Source of the DNA: a virus
Direction: 5' to 3' (one strand)
IMG/VR virus record: IMGVR_UViG_3300027971_000047
Location: 6,639-70,638 of that record
Length of the DNA: 64,000 bases
Each line of letters opens with the position of its first letter. Positions within the stretch are counted from its first letter, which is position 1. The notes under the pieces were generated by a model. That model ran no database searches. It saw nothing but the letters and a program-made list of their open reading frames with translations, and was not told the origin of the DNA. Position numbers and translations under genes: made by a program. Below, piece by piece: positions 1 to 9,164 of this stretch.

Positions 1-1166
1 TGGAAGGCGTTGGTCCTTCACTACAAGATTTAGAAAATGCTCTGACCCCTGCGGAACAGGCTGATATGTCAGATTTAGAACTCATGGTTAATAACGATTC
101 AGGGTTATATGCCCAAGCAACTGATGGGATTCGAGAGCGGGTTGATGAGGCTTTGGGTGAAGTTAAATATAATTACGAGGACCCAATTACTAATACTAAA
201 GCAAATCAAGATTTGAAAGATAGATTATACGAAAAAATCCAAGATGAGATGATTCAAGAATTTATTGAATCGGATGACGGCACTCTTGCAGCATTGTGGC
301 AAGAACAAAATACTGAAGAATTTAACCCCGAAGAGTTGCATCCCTTCTTTGACGAGGTTTATGCCATGACTTACGATGTTAAAAATGCTCAGGGTGAGGT
401 TGCCACCACTCTTAGTTCATCAACAAATAACATTTATCTTGATGGTGAGAGGCTAGTTGTAACTGGTGAAATTACCGATGATGCTGGTAACTATGCTGGA
501 GAGTTCCAACGCGGCTTTTACAAAAGTCAGGACAAAGAAGGCAACGAAATTTGGGCTGTGGAGCATGACTTATTCAAAATGGAGGATGAGTACGCAGGTG
601 TTGGCTTTGGCTCAAAGTTTATAGCCCGACAAGAGGCTTGGTATACCGCCGTAGGAATAGGCAGAATTGATGTAGGCACCGCATGGGATGGCGCTCGCCA
701 TTGGGCTAAATCAGGGTTTGACTTTGACGAAAGAAATACGGGTCACAATGTAAACGAGTTGATAAAGGGAAGAGCATTTAATTCTAATGAATTTGCTGAG
801 GGTTCAGCAAACCGCATTGAATTTGATTCTTTAATTTCAAATATGGTTACTGGATACAACCCATCAACAAGAGAATTTGATACAACCAAAAAGATTACAT
901 CTGATGATTTTCCTATCCCAAATGATTTCTTGATGATTGGCTACAAAGATAGAGTCCAAACAGGCACTAATCGCATTACAGGAAAACCCGTTTATTCGTG
1001 GGCTGGGGCAAGATTGCTGAACAATCTGAACATGAAGTATCAAAAGGGCTTGAGCAAAGAGGGACGCTCAATCAATCAGGGTCCAATTGACCGCGATGGC
1101 GATGGATTGGTTTATGACGGCACGGCTCGCGAAAAGCCCGCTCCTACGGTAAACTCATCTCCATGA
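1..1166 (+). CDS. GNAT-like effector protein, 5'-truncated (allele of the C-terminal part of 57761..59629)
   Basis: Frame is open from the window start (EGVGPSLQDL matches DKVGPSIDEL of the other allele); YAGVGFGSKF and GARHWAKSGF resemble GNAT motifs; ends DRDGDGLVYDGTAREKP. Confidence 0.6.
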   Translation, partial: EGVGPSLQDLENALTPAEQADMSDLELMVNNDSGLYAQATDGIRERVDEALGEVKYNYEDPITNTKANQDLKDRLYEKIQDEMIQEFIESDDGTLAALWQEQNTEEFNPEELHPFFDEVYAMTYDVKNAQGEVATTLSSSTNNIYLDGERLVVTGEITDDAGNYAGEFQRGFYKSQDKEGNEIWAVEHDLFKMEDEYAGVGFGSKFIARQEAWYTAVGIGRIDVGTAWDGARHWAKSGFDFDERNTGHNVNELIKGRAFNSNEFAEGSANRIEFDSLISNMVTGYNPSTREFDTTKKITSDDFPIPNDFLMIGYKDRVQTGTNRITGKPVYSWAGARLLNNLNMKYQKGLSKEGRSINQGPIDRDGDGLVYDGTAREKPAPTVNSSP

Positions 1167-1309
1167 AGAGACAAGAAAGACTAAACGCCTTATCGAGACT
1201 CCATGCCTCTATGCCTGTTGAGATGGAAGGTTTGCCTGACGATAACGAGGTCGCTTTCTTGGATAAGGTAGTAGAACAAAAACTAACCTTGGTTCAGGAA
1301 ACTAAATAG
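1163..1309 (+). CDS. Small 48-aa protein, candidate immunity/partner of the upstream effector
   Basis: MKRQERLNAL...QETK, ATGA overlap with upstream stop, TAAACT 7 nt before ATG; positional equivalent at 59649. Confidence 0.55.
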   Translation: MKRQERLNALSRLHASMPVEMEGLPDDNEVAFLDKVVEQKLTLVQETK

Positions 1310-1340
1310 CAGTTGTAAATCTATCCGCTATCATTGCCAC

Positions 1341-3542
1341 ATGGCGGATATAGCCCCAAAGTTAATTTCTTTAAGCGCTGAGAAACTACTCGCGCTTCAT
1401 GAGCGTATCCACAAGTCTCAAGCCTCTCCAGCAACAATTGAAGTCCATCACACAATCCTCAATGAGTTGGCTCGTCGCAAGATGGAGGCACCAAAAGATG
1501 ATTGGGACGACTTCGAGATTCTTGTTGATTCAATTAACGATGTAGACCTGACATCCCTTGGCTCATCATTACCAGCCGATATGGTTGCAGAGGTTATTAA
1601 ATCTAGCGGTAGCAATGTTGGCAATGTGCAGACTTTCCTCACCTCCCAAGGTTATGAAATGCGAATTGAGCCGATTGAACTAGACCCTATTGAGAAGATG
1701 ATTCGCGAAGAAGATGGCGAGTTCACGGTTTACGATTCAACAGGACGACGCAGATTTGGAACTTATCCATCAAAGAAAAAGGCTGAAGAGCGCCTTGCAC
1801 AAATTGAAAGATTCTCAAAGGCAGATAACACTCCGCCCAAGGCAGTTCGCTCCGCGGCTCGTCGTGCGTTGGATTGGATTGGCGAAGGCAAGGCTGGTGG
1901 AGGGTTTACCTCAGTTGGTCGCGCCCGTGCATCGCAGTTGGCTTCAGGTGAATCTGTCTCATTAGAAACTCTCAAACGAATGAAATCTTTCTTCTCACGC
2001 CACGAAGTAGATAAAAACGCACTTGGATTTAGTCAGGGAGAAAAGGGTTATCCATCTCCAGGTCGAGTTTCTTGGGATGCTTGGGGCGGAGATGCAGGAT
2101 TTGCATGGGCTGAGTCCATGGTTGCTCGCTCCGAACGAGACGAGGAAGTTGCTAAACATAATCCTGGCAAACACGACCAAAAAACCCACGGCAGGTGGGC
2201 TGATGGCATTGCAGATGCGATTAACAATGGCGAACACCCAATGGTTGAAAAAGAAAATGTTTCTGCATTTCTACTTAAAGCATCAACCCGCACAGACCAC
2301 CCTGACTTAACTGAATTGAGCATTGAAGGAACATTGCTCTACGGAGATGAAGGTATGGGAATTGCCCGCAAGGATATGCCACAGATTCCTGGAAAAGAAC
2401 GCGCTCGCTTTTTAGAAGAGATTGAAAAGAGCGACGGCATTACAGTTGAAAAAGAAAAAGTAGACCCAACAACTTTGAAGCCAATCCAAAAAGAAATCTC
2501 TGCCGCTCGTTCGGGTGCTATCTATAAGAAATTTCAAGAAGATGGCGAAATTCCAAAGAATGAACGCATCCTGATTTCCAAAGATGGTTATGTAGTTGAT
2601 GGACACCACACATGGGGAGCCGCGGTTGCCTTTGCTTTTGATAATCCTGGAACTGAGTTGCCTGTCTATCGTCTTTCAGTAACAGCAAAAGAAGCATTAG
2701 ACATTTCATTAAAGTGGTCAAAAGATAATGGTTTTGAAGGTCAAGCAATTGATGCACCTGCCAAGAAATCACTCCTATGGGAGCCTCTTGAAAAACATGG
2801 CGAGCATGACCAACGCACACATGGTTCATGGGCAAACAATATGGTTGCAGACAAAGAACCTGAGCAGGGGCAATCAAAAGAGGCAATCGCACTTGCTCGC
2901 ACAGTTCGTGAGAGAGCAGTTGCCGCTGAACCTGCAATTACAAAATTAGTTCAAGCGGTTGCCGACCAGTCAGGTGCAAGACTTGAAGGCTTATCACAGC
3001 GAATCAAATCAACTGATTCTCTTTCAAGAAAAATTGACCAAGATGCAGAGAAGGAATTTCAGGGCAATAGAAATAAGGCAGCAGAAGAAATCTCAGATGC
3101 TAACCGCTACACAATTTCTGTAAATGATAATGATTACGCAGATACTTTGAAGTCCACAGTTTCAGCGTTTGAAGAAACTGGGTGGAAAGTTCGTGTTAAG
3201 AATTTTTGGCAATCGGGCGACCCCTATGATGGAGTCAATCTAAAGGCAGAGCGCGACGGCATTAGAGTTGAGGTTCAAGTACACACTCCAAAGTCATACC
3301 AAATTAAGGAAAAGGCTTTGCATGATGTTTATGAGGTTTATCGAAAGTCCAAAGATGACTCAGTTCGAGAGTCCACTTGGAACAAGATGGTGGGTATTGC
3401 CAAGCGAGTCCCACGCCCTTCTAACTATGCAACAGTCCTTGGGGTTGGGACACTCATATTGCAACAGTTCGAGACAGCACAACAGGCGGGCTTGATTAAA
3501 TCAACCCCAGTTGGTAAACTATCCCCTGAGAGGAGGGCTTAA
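1341..3542 (+). CDS. Head-module polyprotein: unknown domains + ParB-like domain + RelA/SpoT-like nucleotidyltransferase domain
   Basis: ILISKDGYVVDGHHTW (ParB/Srx-like); RIKSTDSLSRK, DANRY, YDGVN, EVQVHT (small alarmone synthetase motifs); two KH..HDQ..HG.W motifs. Confidence 0.75.
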   Translation: MADIAPKLISLSAEKLLALHERIHKSQASPATIEVHHTILNELARRKMEAPKDDWDDFEILVDSINDVDLTSLGSSLPADMVAEVIKSSGSNVGNVQTFLTSQGYEMRIEPIELDPIEKMIREEDGEFTVYDSTGRRRFGTYPSKKKAEERLAQIERFSKADNTPPKAVRSAARRALDWIGEGKAGGGFTSVGRARASQLASGESVSLETLKRMKSFFSRHEVDKNALGFSQGEKGYPSPGRVSWDAWGGDAGFAWAESMVARSERDEEVAKHNPGKHDQKTHGRWADGIADAINNGEHPMVEKENVSAFLLKASTRTDHPDLTELSIEGTLLYGDEGMGIARKDMPQIPGKERARFLEEIEKSDGITVEKEKVDPTTLKPIQKEISAARSGAIYKKFQEDGEIPKNERILISKDGYVVDGHHTWGAAVAFAFDNPGTELPVYRLSVTAKEALDISLKWSKDNGFEGQAIDAPAKKSLLWEPLEKHGEHDQRTHGSWANNMVADKEPEQGQSKEAIALARTVRERAVAAEPAITKLVQAVADQSGARLEGLSQRIKSTDSLSRKIDQDAEKEFQGNRNKAAEEISDANRYTISVNDNDYADTLKSTVSAFEETGWKVRVKNFWQSGDPYDGVNLKAERDGIRVEVQVHTPKSYQIKEKALHDVYEVYRKSKDDSVRESTWNKMVGIAKRVPRPSNYATVLGVGTLILQQFETAQQAGLIKSTPVGKLSPERRA

Positions 3543-3546
3543 TAAA

Positions 3547-4260
3547 TTGCGATACTTTGTAAACTTTTACCGTAATAACCCACATACTCTTTGGCACTTT
3601 GAGGTACAGCCAAACAAGATTCTTGAGGAGCGCTGGGATGCGCCTAATTGGACGCCATCTGATGTGATTGCCGAATACCTCGTTCTTGGCGAGGGCAATT
3701 TTGAAGAGATAACTCCTGAGTTGGCTGAAAAGACCTTCCCTGATGCTTTTGAAACAATGGCTAAATCAATCGGTTCCTACGAGGTCTCCAAGGCTGAAGG
3801 CGATAAGCGATACACCCTTGGAGCCATGTATATCCCTGACAGATTAGATGCTCATAATGAGTGGACAGATGCCGAAGAGTTGCAACGAGCAGTTTGGGAT
3901 TATGTCCGAAGCAATGACCGCCGTATTCGATTGCAACATAATCGTGAAACCATTGCGGGTGAATGGGTCGAAGTTATGTCATTCCCATACGAACTAACAG
4001 TTCCTATTACAACCCCAAGTGGAATTATGGTCAATCATACTTATCCTGCAAACACAGTATTTCTTGGAGTTATTTGGGAAGAGTGGGCATGGGAGAAGAT
4101 TCAAAACGGAGAAATCCTTGGTTATTCAATTGGTGGACGAGCAGAACGCTTATATGTAGATATGGAAGCAGTTGAAAAAGATGACGGTCCCACAGTCAAT
4201 TCTGTCCATGTTGATACAATTATGAATCCGAAGAAAAAGAAGCCAAAGGAAACCAAATGA
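3547..4260 (+). CDS. XkdF-like prohead protease with an N-terminal extra domain
   Basis: DAHNEW, LQHN, GYSIGG motifs; TTG start after GAGAGGAGG aligns with MRYF start of the allele at 61326. Confidence 0.75.
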   Translation: MRYFVNFYRNNPHTLWHFEVQPNKILEERWDAPNWTPSDVIAEYLVLGEGNFEEITPELAEKTFPDAFETMAKSIGSYEVSKAEGDKRYTLGAMYIPDRLDAHNEWTDAEELQRAVWDYVRSNDRRIRLQHNRETIAGEWVEVMSFPYELTVPITTPSGIMVNHTYPANTVFLGVIWEEWAWEKIQNGEILGYSIGGRAERLYVDMEAVEKDDGPTVNSVHVDTIMNPKKKKPKETK

Positions 4261-4661
4261 AAGACATAAAGATTCTCAAAGAACTCCGCAATGGTCCTAT
4301 GAAGAGCATGAAGGACGACGAGTACGCCGTTATTGAAGGACAAGTCAATGAAAAGGGAATCGCAGGTCTTAGAGGCTATGCAAAGTCAATGGTTGAAAAG
4401 GCTATGCGCGAGATGGCTTACGCAATGAAAAAGGCTTCAGGATTAGCAGTTGGAGACATGGTTTCTTGGCAAGCATCAGGGGGAACAGCCCGAGGCAAGA
4501 TTGAACACATTATGCGTGATGGTGTTCTTGGAATTCCAAAGTCATCATTTAGCATTAAGGCTGAAAAAGATGACCCAGCGGTTCTTATCCGTATTTACAG
4601 AGACGGGGAAGAAACAGAAACTCTTGTTGGACATAAGGCTTCCACACTAAAAAAAGCCTGA
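4257..4661 (+). CDS. Head-associated protein with HVA1/DUF2945-like Tudor domain
   Basis: VGDMVSW..SGG.ARGKI...DDPA...VGHK.STL pattern; allele at 62054. Confidence 0.55.
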   Translation: MKDIKILKELRNGPMKSMKDDEYAVIEGQVNEKGIAGLRGYAKSMVEKAMREMAYAMKKASGLAVGDMVSWQASGGTARGKIEHIMRDGVLGIPKSSFSIKAEKDDPAVLIRIYRDGEETETLVGHKASTLKKA

Positions 4662-4894
4662 GCCTAGCCAAGCATCTAGGCACCGTACACGACCAAAAAA
4701 CGCACGGTGGTAAATACAACACCGATGACTCTGAGGGTGAAGATAGTTCTGAGCCAAAAAACTTTAGGGGTAAGAAACCTAAGATTAGTTATGACGAAAA
4801 CGATACCGATGGTGAGTTCGACAGTAACGCCGATGACCCAAAGTGGATGGATGACATGGACATTTTAAGATTACCTGCTAGAAACAAGCGATGA
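4649..4894 (+). other. -1 frame extension of 4257..4661 reached through A-run slippery site
   Basis: CTA AAA AAA GCC TGA; -1 frame open, KHLGTVHDQKTHGG...DDPKWMD, stop overlaps next ATG. Confidence 0.65.
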
Positions 4895-5154
4895 AATCAA
4901 TCATCGATAGCACAATTGAGATTCTGAGTTCAATGAATCTCAAGGCAAACAAGGTCACTACGCCCCCTGGATATGCAGGGATTCAAATTGATTTACCCAA
5001 TGACTCCCAAGCCTTTTTTGTGTGGAGCAAAATGGACGATGATGACTTCCATTTCAGAACAGCGCGTTTTTGGGCTAACGACAATCCCTTTTCAATGTGG
5101 ATTTGTCCAAACTTGCCCGAGGCTCTAGCCCAAACGAGGGTTTTAATAAAGTAA
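4891..5154 (+). CDS. Hypothetical protein (allele at 62697)
   Basis: TPPGYAGIQ.DLPNDSQAFFVW conserved in both copies. Confidence 0.8.
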   Translation: MKSIIDSTIEILSSMNLKANKVTTPPGYAGIQIDLPNDSQAFFVWSKMDDDDFHFRTARFWANDNPFSMWICPNLPEALAQTRVLIK

Positions 5155-5257
5155 CAAAAGGGTCAAATTACGCTTATGGTATTCTTCGTATGTTTATACT
5201 CGATTTAGTTTTTTAGCGCGTTGCTAAAGGGCTTTTTCTATTTCGTTAGGAGTCAAA

Positions 5258-6085
5258 TTGGCTGGTCGTACTCGCAAAATGGTGAATTTAGCCATTGAGG
5301 AAACTAGCGGGGTAGACCATCCCGCTCATCTACACGAAGGCTGGCTTGTAATGAAGTCTGCCGAAGAATCTGAAGTTCAGAGGGTATTAGACGAATCGCT
5401 CACCGAGGAGGACTCCAATATGGAGGATACATCTACCACGGCTACTGAAGAGCAGGTTGTAAATCCTACTGAGGAACTAACCATCGCTAAGGCTCGCATC
5501 TCTGCACTTGAAGAGGAATTAGCCAAGGCTTATCACACTAAAGACAAGAAAATGTCAAAAAAAGATGACGAAGAAATGTCTGAAGAAGATAAGAAAAAGA
5601 AAAAGATGGAAGAAGAAGCCTCAATGGAAATGGACTTTATGAAGTCCGCACCTGAGTCAGTCGTCAAAATGATTGAAAACTTCCGCAAGCAAGCAGAAGA
5701 AGCAACCGCAGAACTACAAAAGGAACGCGATGCTCATGCTGATGCAGAAGCAGTTGAAAAGGCAAAGGGTTGGGCAAACCTCAATCTCGATGCAGAAAAA
5801 GTTGGTCCAGCACTACGCCGTCTATCAAATGTAGACGCAGACCTTGCAAAGTCAGTTGAAGAACTACTTGCATCTGTCAATGCACAGGCTGAATCAGCAG
5901 CAATTTTTGCAGAAATTGGGAAATCTGCGGACTTCAAATCAGGTAATGCTTATGAGCGTATGACTACGCTCGCTAAGTCTGCCGTTCAAGATGGAGTTGC
6001 AAAGTCTTTTGAGCAAGCGCTCTCAGATGTAGCAATGAAAAATCCTGACTTATACAGCCAATACCTATCCGAGAAAGGTGCCTAG
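5258..6085 (+). CDS. Capsid scaffolding protein (with protease-like N-terminal peptide)
   Basis: Charged coiled-coil-like protein directly upstream of capsid genes; NLAIEETSGVDHPA N-terminus; AGGAG RBS before TTG. Confidence 0.7.
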   Translation: MAGRTRKMVNLAIEETSGVDHPAHLHEGWLVMKSAEESEVQRVLDESLTEEDSNMEDTSTTATEEQVVNPTEELTIAKARISALEEELAKAYHTKDKKMSKKDDEEMSEEDKKKKKMEEEASMEMDFMKSAPESVVKMIENFRKQAEEATAELQKERDAHADAEAVEKAKGWANLNLDAEKVGPALRRLSNVDADLAKSVEELLASVNAQAESAAIFAEIGKSADFKSGNAYERMTTLAKSAVQDGVAKSFEQALSDVAMKNPDLYSQYLSEKGA

Positions 6086-6088
6086 ACC

Positions 6089-6478
6089 ATGGCATTTGAA
6101 TTTAGTAATTATTCAGTAAAAATTACAAGAGTTGCTGGCGCTGACTTATCAGCCCTTCAATACACTTTTGTAAAATTAAGTACAACTGACACAGTTGTTA
6201 CTTGTTCAGCCGCAACCGATATTCCAATCGGTGTGTTGCAGAACGCCCCAACATCAGGACAAGAAGCCGAAGTTTTAATCGTCGGTGGAACTAAATTAGT
6301 CGCTGGTGCAACTGTCGCTATTGGCGACCTACTAGGCGTAACATCAGCCGCAAAAGCAAGCGTTGTTACAACAACAGATACAACTAAGTATGTTCTTGGT
6401 AGTGCCATCTCAGGTGGTGCAAGTTCTGATGTAATTACCGCAGTTGTGAACTGTGCTAACCCAACTAGAGCAAACTAA
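6089..6478 (+). CDS. Capsid cement/decoration protein (DUF2190-like)
   Basis: Small Ala/Gly/Thr/Val-rich protein, PIGVLQN.P motif, between scaffold and MCP. Confidence 0.7.
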   Translation: MAFEFSNYSVKITRVAGADLSALQYTFVKLSTTDTVVTCSAATDIPIGVLQNAPTSGQEAEVLIVGGTKLVAGATVAIGDLLGVTSAAKASVVTTTDTTKYVLGSAISGGASSDVITAVVNCANPTRAN

Positions 6479-6491
6479 GGAGATATAACTC

Positions 6492-7469
6492 ATGCCACAA
6501 CCAAGTATTAACTCAGTCCATGTTGATGCGATTCTGACAAACATTTCAGTAGCGTATCTTCAAAATCAGGACAACTTTATCGCTGACAAGGTATTCCCAG
6601 TAATTCCTGTCGATAAGAAGAGCGATAAATTCTTTACCTACACCAAGAACGATTGGTTCCGTGACGAGGCTCAACGCCGCGCTGGTGGAACTGAATCTGC
6701 TGGTGGAGGTTACGGTCTTTCAACTGGTTCTTATAGCGCAGATGTATTTGCGTTCCATAAGGATGTAGATGACCAAACTCTTTACAACGCAGATGCACCT
6801 CTAAACCCTCTTCGTGAGGCAACAGAGTTTGTAACTCGTCGTTTAATGCTTCGCAAGGAAATCCAATGGAACACAGATTTCTTCGCTGGTTCTATTTGGG
6901 CTAATGATTACGACGGTGTTTCAGGAACTCCTTCAACAAACGAAGTAAAGCAATGGTCAGATTATGCCGCTTCAGACCCAATTGATGATATTGAAGATGC
7001 GAAAGCAGGAATTCTTTCAACAACTGGTATGGAACCAAACACTTTAGTATTGGGATACGATGTATTCCGTGCGCTAAAGAATCACCCTGACATCGTAGAC
7101 CGTATCAAGTACACATCTTCACAGACTGTTACTGCCGATATGTTAGCCGCAATGTTTGATGTTCCTCGCGTTATCATTTCAAAGGCTGTTAAGGCTACAA
7201 ACAATGAAGGTGCAAGTGCCGCGTATTCATTTACATCAGGTAAGAAAGCACTTCTTTGCTATGTTGCTCCAACCCCAGGCTTATTGACTCCTTCTGCTGG
7301 ATACTCTTTCTCATGGACAGGTGTATCAGGCGGTCTAGGCGCAACAGTAGGTACTTCACAGTTCCGTATGGAATCACTTAAAGCAGACCGAATTGAAGCA
7401 GAAATGGCTTTTGATAATAAAGTTATTGCTTCTGACCTTGGTTGGTTTTGGGATTCAGTAGTCGCTTAA
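6492..7469 (+). CDS. Major capsid protein
   Basis: 325 aa, HVDAILTNISVAY, IADKVFP, PNTLVLG, LKNHPDI patterns; position; GGAG RBS. Confidence 0.88.
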   Translation: MPQPSINSVHVDAILTNISVAYLQNQDNFIADKVFPVIPVDKKSDKFFTYTKNDWFRDEAQRRAGGTESAGGGYGLSTGSYSADVFAFHKDVDDQTLYNADAPLNPLREATEFVTRRLMLRKEIQWNTDFFAGSIWANDYDGVSGTPSTNEVKQWSDYAASDPIDDIEDAKAGILSTTGMEPNTLVLGYDVFRALKNHPDIVDRIKYTSSQTVTADMLAAMFDVPRVIISKAVKATNNEGASAAYSFTSGKKALLCYVAPTPGLLTPSAGYSFSWTGVSGGLGATVGTSQFRMESLKADRIEAEMAFDNKVIASDLGWFWDSVVA

Positions 7470-7480
7470 TTAAATTGAGT

Positions 7481-7508
7481 AGGGAGGGGGACTAAAAACC
7501 CTCTCCCT
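7481..7508 (+). terminator. Hairpin after MCP (possible terminator/stabiliser)
   Basis: AGGGAGGGGG...CCCTCTCCCT inverted repeat; no U-tract. Confidence 0.4.
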
Positions 7509-7527
7509 CTCCAAAACAAGGAGAAAT

Positions 7528-7926
7528 ATGTTTAATAGAATTACGCGAGGCAACGCAGTTGTTGGTGGACTTACCGTAACTGGTCAATTGCAACAGATTC
7601 GTTCAGTAACAAATATCGCTGATGGTGCCTCAATGGTACATACGGTAGCGGGTATGCAAGGTGGTATTACTACTGCGACCCTTACGACAGCAAGAACTAT
7701 TACTACACCGACTGCGGCTGCGATTATTGCAGCAACAGGTTCAGTTGTAGGAACAAGTTTTAAGTTTAGTTACATCAACTTAGCAGCCTATGTTGCTACT
7801 TTGGCTGGTGGAACTGGTGTAACAATCGTAGGACTTGCAACAACCGCCGCGACTGCTGGACAAGCATCTCGTTGGCAAGTAGTTGTAACCGCTCCAACAA
7901 CAGTATCAATTTACCGAATAGCATAA
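7528..7926 (+). CDS. Putative virion structural protein
   Basis: Thr/Ala/Gly-rich, follows MCP, AGGAG RBS. Confidence 0.55.
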   Translation: MFNRITRGNAVVGGLTVTGQLQQIRSVTNIADGASMVHTVAGMQGGITTATLTTARTITTPTAAAIIAATGSVVGTSFKFSYINLAAYVATLAGGTGVTIVGLATTAATAGQASRWQVVVTAPTTVSIYRIA

Positions 7927-8087
7927 TGCAAAAACTTGTTCTCAAGACAATGATTGCTGACGGAAAGCAATTAAATTACGGGGATATAGTAGATGTTTCA
8001 GGCTGGAAGTATGTTGAGAAGTTGGTAGAACAGCGTTACTTAACTGACGCCCCTCAAGTCAAAATTAAAGAAAAAGCCACCAAATAA
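7926..8087 (+). CDS. Small hypothetical protein
   Basis: TAATG coupling to upstream gene; GDIVDV..W...KLVEQRYL. Confidence 0.55.
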   Translation: MQKLVLKTMIADGKQLNYGDIVDVSGWKYVEKLVEQRYLTDAPQVKIKEKATK

Positions 8088-8093
8088 TTATAG

Positions 8094-8129
8094 GGGTGGT
8101 AATTCAGAGATGAGTTGCCACCCTTTTTT
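8094..8129 (+). terminator. Intrinsic terminator
   Basis: GGGTGGTAATTCA-GAGA-TGAGTTGCCACCC followed by T-run. Confidence 0.7.
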
Positions 8130-8143
8130 AATAAGGAGTTCAA

Positions 8144-8422
8144 ATGGCAATTAACCATGCAATAGTAAGCGTTGGAAGTACCGCAACCCTTTTAACTGTC
8201 GCCGCTTCAGGTGGCGGTAAAGATGGTTCTACTATTTTAATTCAAAATCCCGCAGGTGGTCAGGCAGTATTTTTAGGTGGCGCAGGAGTTACTTCATCAT
8301 CTTATGGCTACAAACTTGCTATTGATTCAAATATCTCTATTGAATTAAACCAAGATGAAGCCGTTTATGGAGTTGTTGCCTCATCAACTCAGTCGGTAGC
8401 AGTCCTTCGACAAGGGGTTTAA
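8144..8422 (+). CDS. Putative virion protein
   Basis: AAGGAG RBS; small beta-rich protein in structural operon. Confidence 0.6.
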   Translation: MAINHAIVSVGSTATLLTVAASGGGKDGSTILIQNPAGGQAVFLGGAGVTSSSYGYKLAIDSNISIELNQDEAVYGVVASSTQSVAVLRQGV

Positions 8423-8425
8423 CCC

Positions 8426-8971
8426 ATGGCGTTGCCAGCCTCCCTTTCAACTTGTACAGTTGAGGCAACTTATGTAAATTTAATTGGCAACCCTATTAGT
8501 GGGTCAGTTACTTTTACGCCACAAACCATTCTTAAAGAAACAACTCTTAATGTTATTTTAATGCCCACCGCTATTGTCAAAACTTTAGATGCAACAGGTT
8601 CATTAAGTTTAACCCTACCTTGCACAAGTGATACAGATGTGACACCACAACCTTTTATTTACACCATAGTTGAGAACTTTACTGGTGGTAGAACCACTCA
8701 GATTGCCTTACCACTATCGGTTGCTAATACCACCCAAAACCTTGCAGACCTGCTCCCTGCCGTTACAACAGCAGAATCCGCATCTTATATCACCCTTGAC
8801 CAATATCAAGCGCTCCTAGCGCGTTATACAACCGATGAGTTAAGACGCACAATTGTTGTTGATGCCGAGGATTATGATGAAGATTCTGCGACTTATGCAG
8901 CAACGGCATCAACCGCCGCCGCACTAATCCAAAACAATACCCCTAATCAGTTGATGTTGATGGGACTATAA
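8426..8971 (+). CDS. Putative fibre-base/virion protein (paralog of 9164..9838)
   Basis: MALPASLST.../G.VTFT/LP.T.D.D..P.P..YT.VE.F.GGRT shared with 9164 gene. Confidence 0.6.
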   Translation: MALPASLSTCTVEATYVNLIGNPISGSVTFTPQTILKETTLNVILMPTAIVKTLDATGSLSLTLPCTSDTDVTPQPFIYTIVENFTGGRTTQIALPLSVANTTQNLADLLPAVTTAESASYITLDQYQALLARYTTDELRRTIVVDAEDYDEDSATYAATASTAAALIQNNTPNQLMLMGL

Positions 8972-8972
8972 A

Positions 8973-9164
8973 ATGGCTGAACCGTATGTACCTATTGCTG
9001 ATTATACAACTTACAATACTCTTTTAACACTTCTTGAAATTACAACTAACGCGACAAGCGCTAACACTACCGCTTTAGTAGCGGCAAAAGCCTCGGCTCT
9101 TGCTTCAAAAAATGCTGTTCTAAATTTAAGTAATACAAATCTATTCTTTTTGGCTGGTGCATAA
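8973..9164 (+). CDS. Small virion-associated protein
   Basis: Tightly packed in operon; C-terminal LFFLAGA. Confidence 0.55.
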   Translation: MAEPYVPIADYTTYNTLLTLLEITTNATSANTTALVAAKASALASKNAVLNLSNTNLFFLAGA

